From Heteronotia binoei (lineage: Eukaryota), in contig NC_083243.1 in the NCBI RefSeq assembly GCF_032191835.1, forward strand, positions 94,674,001-94,738,000: a stretch of 64,000 nucleotides of DNA, read 5' to 3'. Positions 33,292 through 45,200 of this stretch are shown in pieces. Position numbers and translations under genes: made by a program. Within the stretch, counting starts at the first letter, position 1. Every line of letters begins with the position of its first letter. The notes beneath the pieces were generated by a model, which saw only the letters and a list, made by a program, of their open reading frames with translations, ran no database searches and had not been told where the DNA came from.

Positions 33292-36200
33292 CTGCCAGGA
33301 AAACACAGTCACTAAGAATTCTGCTTTGAGCCCAGAACACATCCAAGAAAAAAGCACATTTTGAAATTGCCTGCCAGAGATAATACTTCCAAGGCATTAA
33401 TGAAAATGTTCATTTTTGATGCCAATTCTGCAGATTCCCATTACAGGAGCAGTATTCAGGGTAATATTCTATTTTTGGGATGTTTGAGAAAACTGGACAC
33501 AGAAAACCATACTTATAATAAAAGTTTATACCACTGTGCTTGATTAGACTTCTGTGTTGTCAGTTTCCCTATATGCAGAGGAAGGCCTTCTAAGATACAA
33601 AACAGGAACAACTACAGGAGCTAATAAGAACTTGTCAATTATGGCATGGACAGCAACATAATGAACAGTGACTCACAACTGGTACACTTAATGGTCCACT
33701 TACTGGTCCAGGTGCTGATTCCACTTGGAAATCTATGAAACTGTTTAGTCTCCCTCTTTTGCTTTAAAAGGCCAGCAGATGGCAGTGGAACCTTCTATTA
33801 AGAGACAGCAGTACCTTCTATAAGATACAGATTGTTCCAATCCTACCTACCACAAGTTGAAGAACGTTTAATTTTTCCCCGTCACCAAAAATGGAAAGAA
33901 AAGATTATCATGTTTAAAGTCAACAGCTCTTGCCTTTTTTTTAAAAAGAGTTCAAAGACTTTTCACAAGCATGACATGTCTCTCACCCTGCCTTTAAGGG
34001 TACAGCTATCCATGATCACCAGCTCCACAGCAGAGTTAGAATCTCTCCCACCTCAACATATGAAAGGACAGTCAGTGCACACAGGACTGAATGTAATGAA
34101 GACCACTCAGAAAGCTGAGCAAGGGAGCCAATATGACAAGAAGCTACAAGTTTCAACCCATTCTTAACAACACTCATCAAGTGTAAGATCAAACCAATCA
34201 CTTACCCATTCCAGAGGCTAGTGTGTCTCCCATAGGGTTAAACCTATTGAGCTGCAAATATAAAACACAAGCGTGAATTGTATCCTTGTCCACTGTTCAT
34301 TTAACATGATCAATCAAAACCAGGAACTAGGACATTCTGGATAAACCAACAATGAAAAGGCCAGCATTCAATGAGGAAGAGTTCTGCACAAATCAGCACA
34401 GCTTCAAATAGAAGGCCCTTTATCCATCCCCCAGATACACTCCAATGCTCAGCATATGACTCTTTTCATTACGAGGAAGATTTGGTGACCACAGAAGAAG
34501 CAGTAAAGACTGCAGGTTTTATGCAGGAGAATCTGCCTGAGTATTCAGTGACTTGGTAACCATAAACCTTAAAGACATTTAGCTTGAGGACCAGAAGCTA
34601 TAGCAGCAAGATGCAAATAACGTCCAACACCCCAAAAAAGGAGATGAAACACTCTCCTATGAACTGCGCTAGGGGTAGTCAGATATTAACAAAAAAAATA
34701 TCCCAGGCTTACATTTTGTTTAAAAGATAGTTTCCGTAGAAAGAGGCTCAAAATTAAACACTGAACACTGGTTTCCGTCATCAGATCCCCTCCCCCCGTA
34801 GTTTATATACAAACTGAATTAGTAACATGAACTTATTTTTCTGCTCAATCAGCACTGGAGGTCAAATCAGGAAGAGGAAACTTGAAGAGTTTCATATTCA
34901 TGCATTTACTAATGCCTCAATAATTCTAGATTAACATCCTATAATAGTTTTTCCTCAAGAAGAATGGAAGTGGCCAACCTTTTAGGCATACAGAACATCA
35001 TTAATGACACCATGTGTCACACAGCAGGGGATCAGGAAGGGCCTTTTACTGTATACCACCATTCTAGTAAGGGTCTGTCTGGGAAGGCCCAGAGCACCCA
35101 CCCAACCCCTGTGTCTTCCTTATTAATCTTTTAACCATGACCAAAGAGACATGAGGACCCAGGCAGTTTAACAACAAGAAGTTTAATATAAATGCTCAAA
35201 ACAATGTGTTATAAAACTTTTTAGTGCACAGTGAATAAACATACAGTAAAGGTTGGTATAAAGAAATAAACACCTCTAACGCAACTAACTGGACATTCCC
35301 TTCATCTAACTGCAAATCAACTCACCCTCTCTGGATAAGGGATCCCTCTCTGGCTACAACCTGCCTCCAGCTCCAGAAAGAACTACTCCCTCTCTGTCCA
35401 CAGCCTCTCCAGAAGAGAACACACCCTATCTGAGGCTTGTCCTTTTATGCCTTCCTCCTAGGTTAGTTAGTTTATTCAATTTGTATCCTGCCCTCCCACC
35501 GAAGCAGGCTCAGGTCCCACCCCCTCTGGGCAAGTTTTCCCTCCAAAACTTCACCAAATCAGGAGGACAGAAGGGAGCCTGGGAGATATAAGCCCCCAAG
35601 CCGCTACTAGGCAGGCTTCTCCCTGCCCTCTAGGGTGAACTGGGCCTCAGATCATGACACCATGCTTGAAAGTTATTGTCCTTTTCCTGTCCCAGACTCT
35701 CCAACAAAATACTAGGTTCACTAGCAATCTGAAAACAGGACTCTACACTCACCGAAATAATGCCAGATGCATTTGGGTCATACAGTTGACACACCATTTC
35801 CCCACTGTCTCCATCAAATATATCGACAGTTCGCAGCTCATCTACTGTGTATCCTGGGAACTTAGGATCTGGATAACGACCGGCTACAATGAGGTTATAA
35901 AGAGGATGCCATGTTGCCTAAATCCAATACAAGTTAAACAACAATGCTGAAGTTGGTGTAAATGGATTACAGAGAACTAAGAGAAAAACAGGATGAGTTT
36001 TATCAAGAATTGGTATCCTGTGGATCTATAAGCCTACAGGGTCAGCTTCTATTCCACGCATGAAATCAAGCTACTATACTTACAGCTTTCAAGACATTAT
36101 AGAGTAGCAACATAATTTCCACAGGTTCTTATTAGTCTAGGCATTTGCATATAAACCTATCAGCAAGGCAGTATTCAAGCCCCAAACTTACTTGTAGAAA

Positions 36201-39200
36201 AAAGATGCATTTATTCAGGTTTCCTTCTAGCCAATCCTACCTTTAGTTCTTGTCTACTTTTGCTTTCATGTTAGTCTTTTTGCCATACCACAGATCTACC
36301 TAAATGCCAGCCAGAGAATGAATGTGGTTCAATTTTAGACCCATAAGTGATAATAGAACACAACCTAGACCTAGAACAATTTCCCATTAAGACTTGTACG
36401 TGCATGTTTTTCCTGCCTGCCAATAAAGTTCTTAATATATTTCTATACAGGAGCTACAGAATGCTTATCTTCATCTTCTTTCACCATGAAGTAATCAATG
36501 ACTCCTAGTCAACATGCTTCACCTTGATAGATGTGAGATGCTGAAATTGCCGATGGGGATGTGGAATCAGATGCTGTGGTCTGGACCAGTCAGAAGAGGA
36601 ATAAACCCGGATTTCACTGTGCTGGTCAGTAGTCAGTAGCTTAGAACCATCTGTTGGGCTGAAATAAGCTGAAGGAGAAGAGAACACAAACTTAATTTAA
36701 ATCATAGTGCTGTGATTACAAACTACCTTCTGTGGTTACAAACTGCACTGTAAGAAAATGAATTAATTCTGGAATTTCCTGAATACTCCAATTATGATGT
36801 ACCTCTTCACTATTCTTAGTCATGAAGTTGGACTCTGGAGAAGCAGAATATAACTTCCATAAACAAATAAAAACATTACGCAATTGTTATTAAATAAAAT
36901 AAATTTAATTAACAAAACACTGCAATCGCTTGAGGGACGAGTAATGAATAATGTCATAAAAAGCACAAGTCACTGACATAACTAGAAACAGAACACAACA
37001 ACCAACCATGCTAAATTCACATTAGAAATCAACAGATATGTATACACAAACCTATAAGGTTTCAATGAGATTAACTGCATCAAATAATCAGCTTCTTTGT
37101 GCTTCAATGATTTTAACTCAAATTTATACTTCTGGTTAATTTGCCACCTGCAAACATGAAGAGTAAATTTAAAAAAAAAAGGTATCAGGGAGAGGGAGGC
37201 AGGTGAGGAAATAAGTACATCAGCTGTAAATTTCACAAAGAGAATTTAAGTTTTAAAAAATAATAAATTGTGAATACAACATAGAAAAAATCCTAGTAAA
37301 TTTTGTATACACAGAAAGCACTTTAAAAGCAGGTTTTATAGCACAGCTAAATCAGAGAATCAGGAGATAAAGTTAACTTTTTCCTGCAAGGGAGAACCTG
37401 AGTGACAGGCTGCTCCTCTTAACTGAGCAGCCTGTCACTCAAGTTCTCCCTTGCAGTAAAAAGTTAACAATCAGATGATTGGCCAGTGCCAGCAGATGAA
37501 AATATATGATGAGCTTAGTGCTGAGGTCAGTTGTCAGTCTGGAGGTTACAGTTTAAAGTGGAACCATTCTGAAGGCAGTCAGCTGGCTTCTAACAAAGTT
37601 TTGGAGTCTGACAGGAATAGTCAGGTTCACCTTGGAGAGAAAGTAAAGGACTCCTTGTCTCAACTATAGTTTTCCTAGCCTGAGGAAGAATTCATTATAA
37701 GAATTCAATGTCTTAAGTGTCAACACAACCTGAACTCCACTTTATACAAACACCAGAACTGGGAGAGAGATCTGGCAAAAGTGACTGGGGCAGTCACTTT
37801 CAAGCCAAAAAGGAACACCTTTAGTTCCTCTGAGGTGAAGAAGATTAATACCTGTCCAGTGTCTCTGAGGGATTAGCTCTGAGGAGAACCCTAGTCGTAA
37901 GTGAAAACAGTTTCCAACAACTCAGGAAATAGAAATAAACTGTAATTTAACCAAGGAGTGAGTTAGTTTCACAAAGTCAGTGACCAGCTCCAGGAAGCCT
38001 GAACTGCTATGGGAAATTTTCTAAAGAAACATTGTTGCTTTAATTAAAATACTAAGTAAAGCACTAGAAATAGCTGAAAATAATCTTGAATAACATTTTG
38101 CCTGCTCACAGAAGTGAATTCTGTATTATCAACGTTTACCTCAGCAGTCCCAATCCCTGACTCACCTATTCAATCCCTGCCTGTTGAATAAACTTGTTCT
38201 TTTGTTTTACTGTCAAACCATCTCCAGTACCATTTCAAAAGGGAAATAACAAGATAGGGTTGCCAGGTCCAACTCAAGAAAATATCTGGGGTCTTTGGAG
38301 TGGAGCCAGGAGTACGAACTGCAAAGGGAGTTTGGGCCATCATATTTAAAGGGACCACACACTTTTTAAATGCCTCCCCTCCATTTGGAAATAATGGAAG
38401 GACAGGGGTACCTTCTTTGGGGGCTCCTAGAATTGGTCCCTTTAGTCCAATCTCTTTGAAATTTTGGAGGTGTTTTGAGGAGAGGCACCGGATGCTATGC
38501 TGAAAATTTAGTGCCTCAAAAAACAGCTCCACCCTCAGAGCCCCAAATCAATTCTCCATTATACCCTATGGGAACTGGTCTTCATAGCGTATAATGGAAT
38601 GCTCAGAAGACATTGCCCCCCCTTGCTTTCTGATGACCATGAAGCAGGGGGAGGGTCTCCAAACCAGGGAATCCCTTGCTCCTGAACTGGGGATTGGCAA
38701 CCTTATGGGCCCCTGTTTTTCCACAACAAATTCTTTGGGCTGGGCTAAAAGCCAAATTATATTCTATTTAACAGTGTAGGACAGAAATTATTTCAATTAT
38801 TTACACGCTGCATAAGGCTGCTCGGTCACAGCAGGAAACCAAAACATTTTGGTGGGAAAATTTGCCTCACAGTGGGGAAGTGCTAGAGGTCCATCTTAAC
38901 AGTATATGTAGTTATTCATATAACTTTAAAAGTCCTGGCTAGTGTTTCCACTGAACATAGTGCCACAGAATGCTTCTCAGTATCATTTGCTTTCATGACC
39001 AGCTGAGCATCTCTATATAGTTGTGATATGTAAGCATGGAAGGACTGTTAGAATAAACTTGTTTTGTTTGATAGTACTTGCTCCTTGTTTAACCTTCAAC
39101 CAGTTTGACAGCATAGAAGTGGACTAGCTCCTATAAATTATCCCCCAGCCATTTCAGTACATGTTTTACAGCAATGCCACCTGCAAATAGTAAGAGCTCT

Positions 39201-42200
39201 TTCCTTTGTGACTTGTGTAAAGAGGAGAATGTAGATCTGGTTTGATCAAAACCTGGCTGGAATATATAATAAGGCTTATCACAACATCAGCTGCATATAC
39301 ACCATTCATCCATCTTGTTTTAGGAAATGGGGTCAGAAGTGTGGTGCAAGCCTTTTTCTTTTGCAGACTCCTGATGTGAATGGCTGTCCATCCCTGACTG
39401 TAAGTACCTCTAGAGGGATCTTATTAGTGTAAGGTTTGCCTAGCTCACCGGCGGACTCCTTAGCTAGTTGGTCAAAGTGGTTTCTGTTGTGGTATTAAGA
39501 GAACCATCACCACCAAATTAATTGTTCTAGGGAACTGCAATATTAATGCTGTGCCAGGTTGTTTTGAACCATTCACACAAAAAAACATACACTGTATTGG
39601 ACCCAACAGAGTGCAACTTTCTCTCCACAGCCCAAAATGCCCCTAGAAATACTGTTCCTGAAGTAGCACTGGAGGGGTCATTTTGTGCTACAGCAAAAGG
39701 TGGCAAGTAGGCATGGGCACAGACTGCCCTCCAAGTTTGGCAAGGACTGGATTTAGAATGCCCGAGTTATAGCCCCCCAAAGCAAGTGCCCCCAGGAAAG
39801 CTCAACTTCAGCTCTCACGATGAAAACTAACTCTTATCTCTCTATGCTGCTGTGCAAAGTGAAAGCAGCAGTGTCAGGGTGTCTGTTCCCATAGGACAGA
39901 ATGGGAGCTCCATGGTTGGTTCCAAGAACTGCCAATCAAGCTATGGACAACTGCTATGAGTGTTTCTAGGGCTTCCAGAAGTCCACCCCTCAGCATTGCC
40001 TAGGAATTGACTGAATCTGCACCAGGCTGTCAGGGAAAATGAAATGCAAAGACAACCCAAACAAAACACCAAGGAAAAAAGGGGGTTCATTTTGTAGTTT
40101 GGGCATGAAATGAGCAAACTAACTGGTTTGGAACAAACCATGAATCAACCCATTTTGAGCACGAATTGTGATTCGTGGTTCAGTTTGTGCCCATGTCTAG
40201 CGGCAAGCAAGAAAGGTGTGCTCTGCAAATGAAAAACCTTGTATTTGAAAAACGCTGTTAAATCCAAGCTACTGGATTCATTCTTCTGCCCAACCAAGTG
40301 CAGTGTGCCCCAACCCTACCATGCAGTTCACTAATAGGTCGAGACTATGAAGGTGAGAACATTATCTGTTCAATCCTCAGTTAGTTTTAACTATTCCCAC
40401 TGCATGTGAGTAATGGTTCCATTTCAGTTGTCGATATTCAGAGACCTGTGGATACAATAGGCTTCAATAATGCTCTAGAGCAGCGTTTCCCAAAAGCAGG
40501 GTCGTGACCTGGCACCGGGCCACGGAGCCCTCAACGCCGGGCCATGGGGCCTCCAGTCCCCTGGCCACCCCTCCCCCCGCATTGTGCCTCCCTCCCCCGG
40601 GTTGCGCACCTCCTTCTCCCACCCTTCCCCACCGCAGGCTGGTCAGTTTCATGCTGTGCAGAGCCCTTCCCCCCCCTCTGACCGATCACCCGATCGGTGG
40701 GAAATCAGCACTGAGTTCATTCTGCGCTGGGCCAAGCTGGCTGCAGGTCGAACAGACTGTGGCTGAAAAAGGCTCATGGCTCCTCCCTCCCCGGCACTTC
40801 CTTCCCATCCAGGTCACCCCCCCTGCACCTCCCCCGCCCTCCTCCCTCCCTCACCGTTGGTAAATCTCCTGGCGAGGAAAACGGAGCTGAGATAATTCAG
40901 CACTGAGGCAGTGAATAGTCTCAAAATTAATCCGCCAAACTCCGTCACCTCCGTGCCTTCTTTTTTCACTTCCGCCTGCAGCTGAGTTGAGTCCAAAGTT
41001 AATTTGCTCCACTCTCAGAAAGCATTCAAATCTCTGAAGCTTAAAGGGACGGCAACTCCAAAATAAACAGTAGCAGTAGACAATGGAAAGAAAAAAAAAA
41101 GGAAACGCTCCCTTCAAATTCAAATTAGCTCAGTCTGTCTCATTAAGCGTCAAAGAGGGGAGCGGTTCCAAAGTAGCAGAAAGAAGAGCACAAAAACAGA
41201 AAAAAAAAACTTAAAGAGCCTTGAAAGGGAGAGTGGGGGAAGGGTGTATCCGTGCTGAAGCCGTTGCCGCCTCCGCTGCATTTTCCCAGCTTCACGCACT
41301 CGTCCTCCTCACACAGTCCAGCCGTCCCCCAGCACAGAAATAAAAGAAAGAAAATCAAATAGCCCAACAGGGCAAAATAGAAGGAAAAAGGACCAAGAGA
41401 GGGGTCCTAACAGACTTCTCCTGCAGCGCCTGCCGTCTTCCACCTCTGTACTCCGGAGGCGGGGCTGCTTCGTCCGAAGACGCCGAAGGGCTTGGGACAA
41501 GGTAAGAGGTGAGAGAACCAGGCGTTTAAAAAGTAAACCCCGGCTACTTCTCACCTGGCTCCTTCAGTGCACTTGCTCCTTGACTGGAGTCTTGTGCGGA
41601 CCCTAGGGCCCCCCGAAATCCTTCGGTCGGTTCGCCTCAGGAGAGAGCTCTCTGAGACGCGACCGCCCTGCTCCACCGCAAACCGGAAGCCAGGAGACTC
41701 AACCCTGCTCTAGAGATCTGAGAAATCACAGCAGCGATTCAGATGACTCTTTCAAAGCGGCCCACCATCAAGGGCTGACACAGCAATTCACAGGTTCACT
41801 TCCCAGCACCCTCTCCTAACTCTTTCCCATTTTGGAGATAACTCATATTTAAGGGAGCCTAAAGATATCAAAGTGTTCAGACATCTGAAGTGACATTGCT
41901 GAAAAACTTGTAAGCAAACAGGCCAATCTATTTTCAGGTAGCACTTGTGAGGTACAAAAGGGGAGCAATAGGATCGGCCCATAAAAACATTACCAACGGT
42001 CTACCCCATCACGCCACAGTGTAGGACCTCTTAGAATGGTTAAGCACCGGTAGAACTTGATCGCTGTCTGAAACCTGATACTAGCACACGTAGATGTTTT
42101 AGAAATTGTTTTTATGTTTTTATTGTTGTTTTATTTATTTGGTCACACTAATGTGACTGTGTGACCTTAAATTTGTGAGCCGCCCTGAGCCTGCCTTTGG

Positions 42201-45200
42201 CAAGGAGGGTGGGATATAAATCAAATAAATAAATAAATAGAAGTAGGCTGTTTCTCCACTACCACTGAATCAGAAGAAGCTGGTTCAGTAAAGCTTTTCA
42301 GTTATTCATGGCCTTTAAGCAACAAGATTCAATCCTTTGGAAGAAGAAACATCAGTAGCTCTGTGATAGTTTTACAACATTCTTTGCTGGCCACCTACAT
42401 CAGCAGTATCAGAAGCTCCCATTGGCAGTGGTCCCTTGAAAAACTTTGGATTGCTCTTGATTGATGTAAACAAGGTGCTTATAGTTAGGGAGGCCACTAC
42501 CTGCATATAGATCTTGCAGCTTAAATCCTGCCAGACTGAACTGAGAGCACCTTAAGCAAAATTAATACCACCTTGCTAGAGGGCAGTTTCTCCCAGGAAC
42601 TCAAGGCTTTGGTTAGGTCATTGCTGAAAAGCTCTTTGGATAACTAAGGATTCACTAACAACCACTTAGACTCCAACTGCCTCCTTTCTGGTTTTGTTTT
42701 GGGGTTTTTTCCCCACAAATGTGACTAAGCATTTGGTGATGCAGCAACATCAACATGAATGGCATCTTCAAAATGATCATCATCTTCCCCTGACTCATTT
42801 TTAATCTGGCTTCAGGCAGAAACCGCTTTAGTTACAGTACTGAATGAGCTAAACTGGCCAGCTAATAGAGGTACACAATTTTCTTAGGTATAACTATTAC
42901 CTATGTTGAACAGTTTTGTCGAGGTCTCAGGAACTGCACTCCAATTGCTGTGGTCTTTGTCGTTGAACAGGAAATAAAGGTCTGGATCCTAACTGGCATA
43001 TTTTTACTGCTTTCCCCATTCACACACTCTCATACAGAACACTCTCATACATTTCTCCTTCCTTCCCATTGCCCCCATACTGTTCCCCAGAGACATGATT
43101 TCAGGGGGCACAGAAGGCTACGTCAGGCTATGTCCTGAATTAGTGCTTGGATGTAGTGGCCAAGTAGATTGAGGGGGAGGGAGAAGCTAGAAAATTAAAT
43201 CTAGACAGGGAAGAAGTGATGCTGGCTGAAAAGGCTGATGTTAGAAAGTAACTGAACTACTGGTTTGGATAGATCCTATCTAATTAGGTGATGAGTATGA
43301 CTGTACATACTGTCAAGCAGGTTGGAGTTTTACCTAGGATTGCTTTCTTTCATCTGCATTGAATTAATAAATGCCTTCTAAACTTAAGAGGATTTTCCCA
43401 TGCTAATCATTGATTCTTTGCCTTCCAGAATTTAATGCACTCTATGTGGGGCAAACCATTCAAAAATTTAAATGGTACTAAGTGTACTTTTTGGCTGGTG
43501 TTGAGTGTCATAAACACACACTTAGACATACATTTACATGCACACCCCATCTTAAAAGGCTCCCAAATTGCTTCTTGGCTCAATTCATAGTTTTGGTTCT
43601 TACCTTCAGAACCTATGGCCCACCAGTCTGAGGAATGACCTCTCCCCAGCTGCCAACAGACTAACAGACCCTCTAGCTGTGCTCTTCTTTTTGACAGCTG
43701 CAGACATCTCCTGCAAGAGCACAGACCTTCTCTTTCCAGTCTTACAAAGCAGGCTGCCAGAGGGGTGTACAGAAGACAAATTCACTGCTGACAGTCTTGC
43801 AGACCCTGCAAAATTGTCTTCTCTCCTGGGGCTGATTTCCAATTGATATTATTTCCCCAATTTGCTAGGTGTTTTCATTTTTTGAGGTGCATATTCTTTC
43901 CTCAATTTACTAGATGTTTTCATTAAGCGTTTTTTTTTCAGACCGTTAAATTTTATTATAAAAATGATTTTATCTCTGATTGCAAGCTGTCTTGAGCCCT
44001 GGTTAAAGCAAAGTATACATTTTAAATAATGTCATCTAATGGATAATGGTGGAGAACAGTGGAAAAGAATGGATAGGCTGGAAGGGCAAAGCACTCCATT
44101 TTGCTGTCTTACCTGAATTGACAGGTTTATCATGAGAAAGTGCATGAAGGCAACATGATTTGTCTTTTACGTTTCTCAGATCCCAGATTTTGACAGTTTG
44201 ATCTACAGAGGCTGTAGCCAAAAGCCAATCACAGCTAGGATTAAACTCCACATGAGTTACTTTTTTTTTGTGCAGTTTCAGGTTCCATATCTACAGTATA
44301 TATGACAGAAAGCAAAATGCATGACAGTGACACAGAAAGAGAGTCAGTCCAAGATAAAGCTCTACTATATGGAATTTATGCATACAGCATGCCTTTCCTG
44401 GAGTTGTGTCCCCTTCCCCCCCCTTTTTTAGTACAGGCACATGGATAGCAGTGCATGCCTGACTATGAACTACAGACAAGTTGCTAATAATGCCAATACT
44501 AGTAAGTCTACCAGAAAAATACAAAATTTATCCTTAAAAGGCTGTATTTCCAGGCTTCCTTCTAAACCTCTATACTAGAAAATAAATACTAGAAAGCAGC
44601 ATCTCATGTTACCACAGAGGCAGCTGCCTATGTTCCAATCCCACCATGCACTAGAAACATCTAGATGAGGAACACATAGGTGGGTTAAATGACAGTTCCT
44701 TTCCTGTGTGATTGCTGCCTAGAAGGATGCAGATGTGTATGGTATGGGAAGGGACCTTTCAACTAGGGGGTGACTACAGAGGTGGTTCTGTATGTAACTT
44801 ATGAATTGAATCCACCACAGTGAAATCATTTAACGACATACATAAAGTAGGTCAGTGCAGCACAACTATCACATATGAAAAATACCAAAACCATTTAAAT
44901 GTGTATTACCAAAGGCACAAGTAGGGGGCATACTAACCTTTTCACCTTCTGTACTGAATAGGATGACATTGCCCAAATTATCACCTGTTACCACAGTCCG
45001 GCAAATTGCAGATACATCTACGCTGCAGTACCAGATACTTTAAAACAAAAGAGAGAGAAACTGAGAGAAGTACAAGCTTAGAATTTTTGTCTCCTACAAT
45101 AACAAATAGGAAAAGTCCCTACAGCAGGTGTGTCAAACATGTGGCCTGTGGGCCTAATCTGTCCTCCCCGCTCCCCTCAAGGCTCCAATCAGGCCTGCCA

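Noticed and set aside
34371-39400. Plus-strand exon-like segments antisense to DDB2 (about 34436-34554, 37679-37876, 39366-39398)
   Set aside because: Plausible splice signals, but no consistent chain, start or recognisable protein; expected background of pseudo-exons
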